Positions 13,246 to 26,074 of a DNA stretch of 64,000 nt are shown here, in pieces (the stretch's first letter is position 1; each line of letters starts with the position of its first letter). The translations under genes were made by a program, and so were the position numbers. Below the pieces are notes generated by a model. It saw only the letters and a list, made by a program, of their open reading frames with translations, was not told the DNA's origin and searched no databases. The DNA is from Hydrolagus affinis. Taxonomy: Eukaryota. The DNA is taken from positions 1 through 64,000 of the forward strand of contig JAAILG010000198.1 of assembly GCA_012026655.1 (NCBI GenBank). Direction: 5' to 3'.

Positions 13246-13468
13246 TCTCAAGGACTTATATAAATCATACCTAAGTTCCACTGGGTATAAATTGTATGTG
13301 ACCTACTTGTATAGATACAGAAAAACATCATGAAAAAAGAATCAATTCGTTGTGTGGCCGATTCACTAGAAGTGGGAGCTTTTTACTCTGAGAACATTCA
13401 AGGGTTGGTTTTTTTTTCACTCTGTACAGTTGGTTCCAACCCTCTCGCCCAATCCCTTGCACCTGCTC

Positions 13469-13500
13469 TGCTGTTCTGCAAATGGCCACTAGGAGGCGTG
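13469..13500 (+). promoter_or_regulatory. CTCF binding site with upstream (ZF9-11) motif
   Basis: TGCTGTTCT-GCAAA-TGGCCACTAGGAGGCGTG. The core matches the CTCF consensus TGGCCASYAGRKGGCRS, and an upstream TGCWGT motif lies at canonical spacing. Confidence 0.7.
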
Positions 13501-14311
13501 TGAGATTGCCCTGGGCTGGCTCACCCTCCAGTTTGCCTTTCCTCCTGGTATCTGACCCCTTCTGGGTGCTGGGCTCTGAAGCTACAGCTGAAAGCGGGAA
13601 CCAGCTGAGAAATAGCAGATGCAAACCAGAGAAAAAAACAACAAATCAGACTCAATCGCCTTCCCTTGTATCCCTTAATTTCCCTCCTTTGACCACTGGC
13701 TGATGTCTAGTCTTGCACAGTATGATCTTCCTTTCTGACTACTTCAATCTAACAACACTGGGCACTACTCAAAACACCAATCAATAATGAATGTTGATCT
13801 TTCCTTTGAGTGTTAATCTATCTTATACGGTGTGTGTAAGTGCCGATACATAATGTTACCCAGGCTCACTGGCTGAAGGGAGAGTTGGTGGGAAAATGGA
13901 TCCAAAGTTTCTTCCCAATTAAGCGTTCTTCCCACTTACTGCACTGAATGCCAACTCATTTGCAGCACTGAAAATAACAAATAAAGAAATCTCTGACTCG
14001 GAATGGAATAAGGGATATTGGTTTGGTGTAGAGGCAGGAAGTTATCTGTGTGAATGAATCAGAACCCAAAGCAACAATGTGACTTGGATGGGTCGTTCCT
14101 TCCTTTTACATTCCTTAACCTTTTGCGTAAAATATGAATTTGCTTGAATAAGCACTTCCAATATTATTTATTGCAAGGAATGGAACTGCACAAACGTTAC
14201 CCCTGTGAATTGATTGGGACAAGATTCATTGTAATACTCCTAGTTATCGTAAAAAAAAGTTTAATTAATGATAACTGATTGCGTCATCCAGAGACCTGAC
14301 CTATAAACATT

Positions 14312-14370
14312 ACAACAACAACAGTTTGCATTTATATAGTGCATGTCAGTAGGACATCCCAAGCCGCTGA
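14312..14370 (-). mobile_element. L2-like 3' tail fragment, (CAA)n type
   Basis: ACAACAACAACAGTTTGCATTTATATAGTGCATGTCAGTAGGACATCCCAAGCCGCT. Confidence 0.75.
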
Positions 14371-15289
14371 AACATTTACAGTAATACAGTCATTAAGGTG
14401 TATGAACAGTTTATTTAATCAGATTTGTGTACAATAAACCATCAGATAAATGCAAACACTGTTTGAGCCCATTCAAGTTTGTAAACCACAGTCACTGATG
14501 GTCCAGGATCTGTGCTCAACACTGATAGAGGTTAAAAGGGGAGTTTGATGATAGATGTAAAAGCTCACGATTTTGAATAGCAAAAATCACTGAGATATCT
14601 TAGTTATCAATTTAACCTACCAATCTGTGCATAGTGGAATCTAACTTCCTTATCTGATACCTGGTGCTGTGTTGCCATATCAAAAATTAAGGTTTTCACA
14701 AAACATATCTGCAAAACTCAAATTAACATTTTTTTTCTGTTCAGTGCACTATTCAATTCCGTCTTTTGTCTTCATTTAGTATTCAGTCGGTGGGACTTGT
14801 TTTACAATCCCTTTTAATCTGGCAGTTAAACTTAAATCAGTTTTATCCTGTAAATCTGTGCTCTGCTGGTAACATTTTCCATCAACTGCAATAGATTAGA
14901 TTGGGGTAGGAGACTCTACACTGGCCAATATCATCTATCCAATCAAAGGGTTAATCCCTAGACCACCCCCCACCCCCCCGGCCACCCCTCCAATCAACAC
15001 AAAAAATATGGAAATGTAGGATAATTTTGACAGTTCTGCTTTATGAGATACGATCTCACAAGTAAGAATTGTTTGAAACCACCCAAATTTAGAGTGAGTA
15101 CCCCATTGGAGATTTAAACATTCACTCTGCGACACTACCATTTGCTCCCTTTAAAGAACAAAGAACAATTACTGGATGCATTTGCTACACCAACGACTGC
15201 ACCAAAGTGACAACCATCACAACGCTACTTTGAGCGAAAACTCCAACATGGCTAAAAAAAAATTACTCGCAACCCCCCCCACCCCCCCA

Positions 15290-15545
15290 CTTACAATGAA
15301 TCAATGGATGTTATTGCATTTGGTTCCTTATTGTTTATGGTGACTGTCGAGCCGCACAATCTTTTAAAATATATGTTAAAACGATCATAAGGCATAATGG
15401 AATAATTTTGATTAAATTCATCATTTCAAATTCTTTTGTGTTGTGTGATCGTATCAGCAATAATTTGGACAAAATAATATAGCTGGATTGAATTATAATA
15501 CTCGTATTTGTTAGGTAGGCATGCATCAGCCATTAGGCTTATATT
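15290..15545. promoter_or_regulatory. Candidate conserved non-coding element
   Basis: Repeat-free AT-rich block with TGAATCAATGGATG, TTATTGTTTATGG (Fox/Sox-like) and many TAAT cores. Inference only. Confidence 0.25.
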
Positions 15546-17110
15546 GAAAGACTTCAACCCCCGCCTTCTCTTATTTGATCAAAAACTGCAAGGATAGGAT
15601 AAGATAGGCCTGGAGCCTTGGGGCATTTTTATCTTGCTTTTACCACAAGGACAAAAACAGGTTCAAGTTAAATGTTCAAAGGGAAGCGCGACTATTAGGT
15701 TGAAAATGATTTTGCAAACATTGTATGAAAGAAAGCTGGAAGCAGTACGATAGGGAAAAATGTCCAAAATGTTTTTAATTTTTTTTTAGCTTCTTAGATG
15801 GACCGACTGTCAGGGAAAAAAAAAACCATTACGTTCTCACACAATGAAATGAAATAAAACACTTTGTTATATTTTCCTGCTTCATAACCATGTGCCATAC
15901 ACGGCAATTTAAAGGAGATCAAAGGTCACCCACTGGAACTATTTTTCATTTGATTCCATGACTGCTAATGACATTGCTCTGCTAAAGAAAAGGAGCAGTG
16001 AGGCAGGCACAAAATTGGTTTTGAAGTATTCTAAAATTAAAAATATATGCTCTTTGCATACGATTAAAGTACATGTCACGAAAAAGAAAAGACGATATAA
16101 TAAAATATTTAAAAATGCCTCCATTCTTACTGAAAGTTAAAGCTCAAAAATGAATTCATAATGTAATATGCATCTTATGATCCTTTGCAACTGACAATTT
16201 AGAAAATTAACTCTGTACTGGATCAATATCCTTCTTATAATAACAGAAAGCATGTGACACATAATTAAAAGAATTGTGGTGGTTTGTGGTAAGGGAAGAA
16301 CATTTTGCAGTTCTTTTGGAAAAACTGCTCAAATAACACATTTTCATTTTGGAATGAGATGCGCATTTTTGTCTATTGCCAAACAAGACTCGATTGAAAG
16401 CTGAATAATACTATCCCAACTTCATTAAGTATAACACCAGGTCGGAATCTAGTTCAACAAAGTAGCACATTCTTGCTGTTCACATGACATAGGAAAGATC
16501 ACTTGAGTTTCATCCTCACAGTAGAAACATCATCTGAAATGCTGGCACTTCCTTGCTAATGCAATGTGTATTATTCCAGACAGATTAAATATGGTTTTTG
16601 AAAGATGCGGCTACTGTGCTTCATTCAGTTATTTGCAATTAGATCTTATCATATTAATGCAAGGTGCGTGACCTGGTGACTGGGCAAGGCTCATAGATTC
16701 AAGGTTAGATAAAGATAAAATACAACACAATAATAATCTCCAGGGGATTCTCGTACATCCCTGAGGTGTGAACCAAGAAACATTACATTGGAACTGAGTT
16801 ATAAACAGCAGTTTGAAATGAACAGTGCAATTGTGTTTACTAACCAGGAATGTGTGGAAAATTGAAATTGAAATGATTATTAGTTTGAGAAACCATTTGA
16901 TAGCAACTGCAGATAAAAACAAAATAAAATAAAGCGGAATCTTTGTATGACAGCCCATTTTAATTATTTATTCAGCAATTCAATCCCCCCACCAAACTTA
17001 GATCTTACTAGGAAAATGAACTTGACTAAACAGGGAACACTTTTCACCTGGAAAAAGACTTTACGGAAGAGAAATTAATCTTGAAAATCAGGAATAATAA
17101 TAAGAAGACA

Positions 17111-17218
17111 AATAATCCTTACAACTGATATAGTGACATATCACGTCTTTGAGACCTCTCAAAGCGCTTCACAGTATGAAGTGTAATGTGAATTGACTGT
17201 ATATTTTGTGGGCAAAAC
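17111..17218 (-). mobile_element. SINE 3' fragment
   Basis: AATAATCCTTACAACTGATATAG...CTCAAAGCGCTTCACAG...AATTGACTGTATATTTTGTGGGCAAAAC. Confidence 0.88.
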
Positions 17219-18211
17219 AGTACAGATTAGGAATAGAAGTGGTTTGGCACTTTGAAATGTTAATGCTAGAACAGGGATGTATTCAGATGCCATCGGTGAC
17301 AATAAGAATCAACAACGGTACCAAATTAAAGGTACTATTCATCAGGCATTTCAACTATTTCTCCAGCAAACGGGGATTGAATTGTACCAACATTCACGAA
17401 TAACACGAAACTGCCATTTTCAGAAAGCTTTGGCTGAAATGCCTGTAACAAGTCAGCAAATGAAAATGATCTAATGGCCGCAGCAATAACATTAATTCAT
17501 TTGAAGGCTGCGTGGGGGTTTAAACCAGCAGGCTACAGTTTTTCAGTTATATGGTGGCTTTGGAGCCACAAGGAAGGCTGTGTCTGCCAAAATACAGCTT
17601 TGATGTACTCGAAGTCTTAATTTCTGAGGTCACGAGCCACAGGGACAACTATTTAGCTGTATATGTATTAGATTGTCCCAGGGAGACCACAGCAAGATTG
17701 CAACAAGATCTGGCAGGATATAACTACCAAGGTCAACCTGGTCTCCAGAGGCAAGGGGTCTGTGAAAGAAATCAAGTCCTGTTGGGTAACCTCGTGTAGT
17801 GTAGCACTCTGAAGACTAAGTGGCAAATTTTGGTATATTTGCCACGAAATACAGGACAACGTCTCGACCGAAGACCCAACTCCAGGCCGGGCACCTCTAA
17901 CCACTTTAGTGAATGGAGTCATCTTGACAGTGTAGAAATACCACACTGGAGAATACGAACATAACTCAGGGTCGAGATTTTACTCAGTTAACGTGGCATT
18001 TTTTTTAGAGTGTCCATAATTTGACACATTCTTAAATTATACCCAAGTTTTTAATTTTCAAATCTTGGAAGTGAAGAATGAATGCAGCAATTTGGGAAGT
18101 TCCGGTGGAGTTTTTCCTACAGCTAAATGCCGCTGCCAATTATTTCTAAAATGAATCCCAAACCCAGGATTTTCAGGTCATATCTCAGTCGTGGCAATTT
18201 CATGTAGAGCT

Positions 18212-18437
18212 ACGCAGCGAGTTATTCGCATCTGAAACACATTGCCTGAAAGTGCGGTGGAAGCCGATTCGGTGATAGGTTTTAAGAGAGAAGTAGGTAG
18301 TTATTTCAGGAGGAAAAGTTTGCAGGGCTATGGGGAGAGAGTGGGAGAGTGGGATTGATTTGGACAGCTCTTTTCAAAGAGCTGGCGCAGGCGCGATGGG
18401 CCGAATGGTCTCCTTCTGTACTGCATGACTCTATGAT
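18212..18437 (+). mobile_element. CR1 LINE 3' end (ORF2 C-terminus plus 3' UTR)
   Basis: Translates QRVIRI*NTLPESAVEADSVIGFKREVGSYFRRKSLQGYGERVGEWD*, typical of the chondrichthyan CR1 ORF2 end, followed by GATGGGCCGAATGGTCTCCTTCTGTACTG...CTATG. Confidence 0.9.
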
Positions 18438-18834
18438 ACTTAATTGCTCACCAGACCTGTGGTTACTGGGAGCATGACATTTTGCTAATTGACAATCATG
18501 GATTGTGATCCATGAGTTTGAAGTCCAGTGTTAGAGACATGTCTTCTTCCTGCTTCCCCATTGACAATATCATCAGGCATTTCTGCCTCTGACGTATTTG
18601 ACGTGAGAAATGTCACATGGATTACAAACAAAATTTCACCCTATAATCTTCATAAAAGAGGTTTTTAAGGTGGAGGTGGGGTAGGGGGAGGGAGGGAGGG
18701 AGGGATAATATCTCTCAATTGATTTAACTAAGAGGAATTTAAATCGTCACTGGAAGTTAACTACAATCCAAGAGGCAGGTCAGCCCACATCTCAAGGTAT
18801 GTTCTCCCTTTCCACATGACTCGGATTGTCAAGC

Positions 18835-18902
18835 ACAACAACGAAACAGCAAATGACATTCGGATAGCGCCTTTCATGTCAGGAGGACGCCCCAAAGCAC
18901 TC
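18835..18902 (-). mobile_element. L2-like 3' tail fragment, (CAA)n type
   Basis: ACAACAACGAAACAGCAAATGACATTCGGATAGCGCCTTTCATGTCAGGAGGACGCCCCAAAGCAC. Confidence 0.8.
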
Positions 18903-19843
18903 CAGGGAGGAAGCTCTCCAATTACAGTCTGCTGTACGGAACTGAAGTGATAAGCACAGATTTTATTTTCACATTACAGCGGACAATGGCGGATCTCGGC
19001 AGAGAAATTTTTCTTGTAGCTCGCGTGCTTTACGTTATGTCACAGAACTAATAACGTACACCGGTCTTTGTGATTTAGTTCTGGAACGAGCGTACTTTCT
19101 GGGCATCACCTCCATCTATTACAGCTGCCACAGAGTGACGAGGTCGGACATTAGATGTGGGAACTGAAGGACTCGCAGCAAAGTCATCCCATTTCCCCGC
19201 AGCTCAATAATTCTGACCTCGTAATTTGGGGGAAATATCTTTTGCTTTAGGTGATTTCTCAGGCTCCTGGGATTCTTTTGGCAACAGTCGTACCTCAAAG
19301 TCTCAAATAACTGCAACTGATGATGAATTTCAACAGGTTTCTTCTTTGCGTTGAGTCGTGGAGCATTTGCACAAGCTCCGTGACGCTCTGATACTTCGGG
19401 TTGTACTGGAGGCTACAATGGCCCTGAGAGTGTAATTCCCTGTTTTAGGATTATTAGGAAGGAGACCAGTCACCCCTCCAGAGAGGTGAGAGGCAGGACA
19501 CAAAACATAATTTTGCAGCAATAAAGTGCCCTCTGCTCTCATAATAGTTCTTGTTAAAACTAGATTATAATAATGCAATAAATAGCACAAATTACTTTGA
19601 AAAGTAATATTTAAATAGCAATTTGAAGCCCAGCAAAGATCAGCAAACAGCGCGTGCATACTAAATTTCAATAAATCACGTACAAATTGATGGCTCAACT
19701 CAGAGTCAACTCAGGAAATGACTATTTTGCAGGGGAAGAAAAAGATGTAGAACCACAATTTGGTTTTGGAGATGGAGGAAGAAACAAATGGAAATCCCTC
19801 CCTATCTGTTCGTGGCTTACCCTGTACCAAGTTCATCTAGTTC

Positions 19844-19943
19844 NNNNNNNNNNNNNNNNNNNNNNNNNNNNNNNNNNNNNNNNNNNNNNNNNNNNNNNNN
19901 NNNNNNNNNNNNNNNNNNNNNNNNNNNNNNNNNNNNNNNNNNN
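19844..19943. other. Assembly gap (100 N)
   Basis: Run of exactly 100 N, probably a placeholder of unknown true size. Confidence 0.99.
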
Positions 19944-22544
19944 TCAGATATTGCTGTGTATATGATCTTTTAGAGGAGCAACAGTTTGAGGACATCTCTC
20001 CATGTTGTGAGATGGACTCGGCAATCCTCATCCAGTACACTAGAGCTACACTGAGCACGCTTTCCAAGGGCAAGGAATAGCCTGCCAAACATCATTCTCA
20101 TATCTCATCACCAAACAACAAAGTTTTATGTGGAGCTCTCGTAGTGTGTTTATACTGCGCTTTTCATAATGGATTAACCGTAAGAAATGTGAGGGTTGAA
20201 CAGCGCGTTTTGAAAGCAAATTGCGCTGGGACCCAATTCCAAGCCAACCTTGAGGGATGGTTTTGACAACACATTGATTTGCGCCAATTCAGCACAAATG
20301 AACCTTGTTCGAGTCTCTTCTGGCTCCACTCCCAAATGGTCCCGTGGAAAGTCTTGGGTGGCCAAATGGGCAGTTGTACGACCAGATCCTTAATAACATT
20401 AATAACAGATATACTCTGCTGAGCCCAGGCCAATGTGATTAGGAGCGGGAACTATAAATCAGGTTTCCAGCTTCTAATTGCTTTACTGCTGGAAGCGATA
20501 TCGCTTTGCTTCTAGCAGTATAAACAGGGCATGAAGTCGACTACTGTGACAAATAGGACCAATCATTTTTTGATTTTCCATTCTTCCATGAGTTTTTCTA
20601 GCCATCTTCAGTGTTTTATTGCTCTAGCAGAAGCTGGATTAAATGTTGTCTCAATGCTCTGGCTATTCATTCAGTGCCAAGGCAAGAATTAGAAATGCAC
20701 TAAACATACCATTGCAATGATCAGTTTACATCTGTAGTCCCTCTCTATGGAAATTCAAGTTCAACTGTGAACCATGATCAAAATAAAAAAGGACCTATCT
20801 TTTTGATCACTACTGCACGTTGCAAGCAATTTGAGCACTGTCTGTTTAATCTTGGTGTTGATTTAAATGATGCATCTCCATGTTGTTTTAGAAAGGATTT
20901 TTATTTTGTTTCTGTCTCAATGAATTAGCTAATAAAACATACCAAATAAGCAGGTATGACAATTGTGGCATCTAAAGTAATATTACAAATAAGGAAGGTG
21001 AGGAAGGAAGGTTGGGGCTACGGTTTTAAAGCATTAAATAACCTGCCTGCTACAGCAAGATAACCGGGCCATTTCAGATTTCCTAAGTAATAACAGTTAT
21101 TTGCTTACATCGCCATACTTGTAACATGCACTCACTGATATTACTCTGCAAAAGGTCTGATACTGATAAATCAGATTAGTTAATTGATAAATTTTAGAAA
21201 GTCCAAATAAAAATCAGTTGCAATATTTACGTTTATGAGCTGGGAGTTCAAGCCACGATACAATCTGATGCTTTGGACAATGAAACAAACCTTTATCCTC
21301 ATGGTCTTATAATACCACACTGCATTACCCCGATCTCTTAGAAATTCAGCATTTTTCTATGGATGTCCCTAAAATCTGTTAGAAACCTTATTTTTTTGTT
21401 GTTGAATAAACAAAGATCAAGTTTATCGTTGAAAATTCTGGATGATTTCATTAAGGTTACACTGTAATCTTTTATGTCGTTTTTTTTCACGGATGGTAAA
21501 ATTTAACAGATCAATAGCAGTCAAAAACACTGACAGTCTCAAATGTACAGACCTAACTAAAATGTGGAACATTCACAAAAGAATTGTGCATTAGAAACAG
21601 AAATAATGTTTTAAGTATGATTAGTTCATCTTGAGGGCACCTTGCATTCATTGTGAAAGGCCAGTAAATTACCTTTCAGCCTTTGAATTATTTCTGCAGA
21701 TCCCATTACACAAGAAAAGAAGAAGCAGAACAAATTTTATGAATTCCTGCATCCAGCTGTCTAGGAATCTGCCGAAAAGTACAGGCAATAAAAGATGCAT
21801 TTGTTTGCCATTCATCATGTTGTCATCCTCCGATGCAGATATTGGATAAATGATCTGCAATGGGGCAGCTGGCTGCTGATTACACACATTCACATATTCC
21901 CCAACAAAAAAAAGGCAATTCTTCCCCTAAATCATCAACCATTGGATTTATTTTCATATCACATCCATCACTGTGACTGGCAGATTTTCAGCAACAGAAA
22001 GGATGTGAAAAGATCCACCAACAGTGGTTTTGAGTTGAAATAATCCATTTTACATTTTTTTTTGTGTGTGTCTGCTGAACATTTGCATAGTAGACAAACA
22101 GCAAAAAAAGATAGCTCTTCAAGTGGGCAACTGGAAATGCTGTCATAACGAAAGCAGCTAGCAAATGATTAGTTGGCAATAAATCTTCAACTATGTTAAT
22201 GTGAGGATTTGGATAAATTTGCCTAGAAAATACATAACCAGTACAATTCACAGTAAAGTGTTTTGAGACATTCAATGGTATAATAAGCCTCAGCAAATGC
22301 AAATATTATTATATCCACATGTGTGTTTTTGTAGTTCAGTTCATATCTAAGTTTGCCTGCAAAAAAACCTCGATCACTGCCTATTGCAAAAGGATTAATT
22401 CTTTTTGGGGGATTCTGCCAATTCTACAGGAAAACAATGATTTCTCCCCCCAAATTCATCCAATTTAAATGGGACTAGCAGAATAATTTTTAAATATCGC
22501 ATAGAATGCATTGTTGTTTGAACTCACAGCATAGGTCAAGAATT

Positions 22545-22822
22545 CAGTGCGATGCTGGGGTGGGGGGTGCTGTATTTGTTGCAGGTGCCATTCTCCAGAT
22601 GTTAGTTGGTTAGCGGTTCGCTTTCTGGGAGTAATAATCCCTTTTTAAAAATCTGGTCACTGAATCCATGATTGTTTGTGGGACATTCACTGCTATGTGT
22701 AAGCGGCTGCTGTGTTTCTCCCACAAAATACAGTCACTACACTTTTCAATATATTATGTGAAGTGCTTTGAGATTCCTCAATGACGTAATAAGGCACTAT
22801 GTCAAATTTAAGGATTATTATT
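22545..22822 (+). mobile_element. DeuSINE/SINE composite fragment
   Basis: CAGTGCGATGCTGGGG...TGCTGTATTTGTTGCAGGTGCCATT (Deu 5' part), then TAATAATCCC...TGTTTGTGGGACA...GAAGTGCTTTGAGA...AAGGATTATTATT. Confidence 0.85.
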
Positions 22823-23620
22823 AAACTGGGATACCGTCTAATGCTACAAATCTTCAGACGTTTAGTCATGTTAAAACAAGTTGATATGTTCCTTCATAAT
22901 TCCGCAGAACACAGACCAAAATTCTTTACGGGAAATTCTGACGGGAAAGAAAGGAGAATGACATGTTTGACATTGTGTAGATATTAGTCTTTTATGCATA
23001 CAAAATACCGTTATGACTACTCTTTGCAAGACAAATAAATATAATCCCCCTAAAGAACTCTTCGAATATTGCGGAATCAATGTATATATTCACAAATGCT
23101 CTGGAGAGTAAGCTCCTTCATATTCCAGTCTGCTACTATATCTTTTCAAGGATGCATTCCCCTTGAAAGAGACCTCAATACAAGAGCTGAAGGGATTTGT
23201 TTGCTTCTGTTTGCAGTACAGGTGCAGTGTTTTTTCCATAAATCTAATAAAAAAAACTAATTTACACGAAAACCCCCTTAAAAATCCTAATGTCTTTGCT
23301 CAAAAATGTTCACATATTCCTCACAAAAATTAAATAGACAACAATGATCCCACACACTTCAGAAATAAAGAAACCCCCAAAATTCAGACTGTATTTGTAC
23401 TAATCATATATCATCCATTTTGATCATAATGCTATGTTATGCTCTGTTATGAAACTGGAGCAAGCAAACTGATTTCTAAGCATAATTAACATATCACAGC
23501 AACACATTATCAAAGTGATTGAGTTGCTTAAAACTGTCAAACACAATACTTTACCGGTAATAACTTGGTGCAGGATCAGAGGGGCAAAATCCTTATAGTA
23601 AATTTCTATCCATACATAAT

Positions 23621-23679
23621 ATAATAATAATCCTTGCATTTGATATAGTGCTTCATCATGTCAAATAGCTTCACAGAAC
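23621..23679 (-). mobile_element. SINE tail fragment
   Basis: ATAATAATAATCCTTGCATTTGATATAGTGCTT...CTTCACAGAA. Confidence 0.85.
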
Positions 23680-23714
23680 AAAACAAGCAAGATAATACTG
23701 GACTTTAGTAATTT

Positions 23715-24040
23715 TCTAAATTAAGAGGAAACTTTAAGGAAGTTGAATTCTTTTCGTTGGAAAAGTGGTAACTCGATAGAGGTTTTGAAGATTATGAAGG
23801 GGCAGGGCAAATTGTTCAATATTTTGAAGATTTCAAACACCAGGGGACAGACTCACATTAAACCTTAAGAGTAAGAAGGGAAGGCAGAAACTTTTCACAC
23901 CGACTTAAGAAATATGTTGGCCAGGAAGACCACTGAAGGAGGCAATATTAATGGGTTAAAGAGAAGACTAGGCCTGGTTATTGTTTATGGTGTCAATCTG
24001 GAAGTGAATCGTGGGGTGCTTCAATGGCCTTACTATCTTA
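23715..24040 (+). mobile_element. Degenerate CR1 LINE 3' region
   Basis: GATAGAGGTTTTGAAGATTATGAAGGGG (IEVLKIMKG), ACCAGGGGACA (TRG), CTTTTCACAC and a terminal AATGGCCT, colinear with the CR1 ORF2 C-terminus and UTR. Confidence 0.7.
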
Positions 24041-25677
24041 ATTTATTTCAACACAATTTACGCATGCTGTCAAGTCCAGTGCAAATGTGTACACTCACAT
24101 TCAGAGAGCTTGCATTCAAAACACAGCATCCCTACTGTAGATATTTTGGCTCATATTCAAACTCCGTAGATAATTTCACAGAGACTTGGCTACAACACAG
24201 GGAAAACCTCATGGTGATGGAATGTTTCATTTTAGGGAAGAAACATTCAGCAATGGGACCCTGGAAGGATTCCCTCCTGTTAGTGAATCAGAGTTGCATT
24301 GATATTAGTCGTGGCGCAGATGGTCTTGTTCTCCCCTTTCTGCCAAATGAATACACATAATATAAGGCGTACATTCTGAAGGATTAGGATTCTTGGAAAG
24401 TATATGAACTGAAGTATTCTTTTTGATGAACTAGTTCGAGACTCTCAAACCCCTAACCTTGAAGCAACAGTCTTGAAAAATTAACAATGTTCTCAAATTC
24501 TATTCTTATTGTATTTATTTATAAATAATGTGGGGTGTGGGTTTTGCCACATTTCATGACAGACTCAAAGTGATGTTATATTGAAGTGAAATCCGTGATG
24601 TTTCATAATTCACGCCTTCAGTGATTTCGCATTGAATGTGTGAATTCAAATTTCACTCCAACATGCAGATGGCATGCAGAAACAAAAAGCTTTTTCGCTG
24701 TTTTAAATTGATGATAATAAGAAAGGGAAAAATTGGTCTTTGCATATTTTCTTCTACGCGAAATCACATCCCTTTTAAGTGATAGATTATTTTCTCTTTA
24801 TTTGAAAAAAATTAGAGAGCATCTCTTCTTGTCAGACTTTCCAGGGTGGGTGAAATTCAAACCTGTCACTGATCAAAGTTACACAAAGCACTTTTGTAAA
24901 GAGAACTTTGATTTTTTTTACATATTTAATGGGGACATCGGAAAGTGGGAAAGTTCGATTTAAAATATATGATTTGCACAGTTTTGAATTATATAAATAA
25001 TATAGAGTAATATAAATCCGAAAAATTAGATATATGTTTTTTGTATGGTCATTAATCAGTATATTTACCGTTTACTTCTTTTCAATTGTAGCTTCTCTCC
25101 CTCCTCTTCCACATTGTTTTGACCTTAAAAAGTGTCTGTAAAGCATTTTACTAGGAACAAAGCCATCGTGAGGTTTTATTTGACATTTGTCTAAAGATGA
25201 AATTACCTTCTTGAACTGTAGCAAATCTCTGCCCAAATCAAAAGTCAAACAAAGGTCGCTTTTATTGGAAAAAAAAATTCAAAGGAATTCAAATTCAAAG
25301 ACTGAAGAGCATTTGAGTTGGCTGCTGGGAGATGCTTGCCTGTCGTTCAGGGATTCTCACCTATGGATTGTTGAGGAAGAGCCTGATCTTCACTCAGCAT
25401 TTCAAAGATCAGCGACTTTCCCATGTTGTGAAACACAGGCAGGAACACAAGATCTTTGCATTCCACTGAATGTCGACACGCAGTGATACTGTGGAAGGGC
25501 ATTGTACTCTTTCTCTGTGCAAACTGAAATAAACAAACACATCACGGGTACGTTATTTCTGTCCTGCTACTTCTGGGTTTGGGTGGTCTCTGGTTTGTGG
25601 TTTGTGGGATGAATAGGACAATGTTCCCCTGGCAGCATCCTTAGTGGATGTCTATTTGAATAACTGACGCAGCTCAG

Positions 25678-25798
25678 CTTCCTACAGTTTATGCGCCTTC
25701 TCTTGTGCGACGTCCTCCTGATGTGAAAGGAGGACGTCCCAAGGCACGTAAACAGTAGGAAGTGCGAGTACGAGTGCAATTTTGTTGCTGTTGTTGTT
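25678..25798. mobile_element. L2-like tail fragment with internal fold-back (hairpin)
   Basis: GACGTCCTCCT/AGGAGGACGTC is a perfect 11-bp inverted repeat. Outer arms CTTCCTACAGTTTATGCGCCTT/AAGGCACGTAAACAGTAGGAAG match at 19 of 22 positions. Ends GCAATTTTGTTGCTGTTGTTG. Confidence 0.8.
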
Positions 25799-25879
25799 GG
25801 TGTAACGAGATGAAGAGTGGAGATATATTTATAAACCAGGCACAAACGCAGCAATTGGTATAAATTGAGTGGCGGATCA

Positions 25880-26060
25880 CTTTCCAGGGGGTAATAATCC
25901 CTTTAAAAAAAATTGGTCATTCAATCCATGACTGTTTGTAAGACATTGCTATGTGCATTTGGCTGCCGTGTTTCACTCATAACATATAGTCAATTTACTT
26001 TACAGTATATTGTGTGAAACGGTTTGAGTGGCTCAATGATGTAATAAGGATTATTATTAC
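25880..26060 (+). mobile_element. SINE 3' part
   Basis: GTAATAATCCC...TTGGTCATTCAATCCATGACTGTTTGT...TTGGCTGCCGTGTTTC...AAGGATTATTATT. Confidence 0.88.
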
Positions 26061-26074
26061 TACAATACTATTAT

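Noticed and set aside
19687-20088. ORFs spanning the N run
   Set aside because: Artefacts of the assembly gap.
23914-24360. 148-aa ORF
   Set aside because: It starts inside a decayed CR1 remnant and runs into unique DNA, with no recognisable domain or exon structure.
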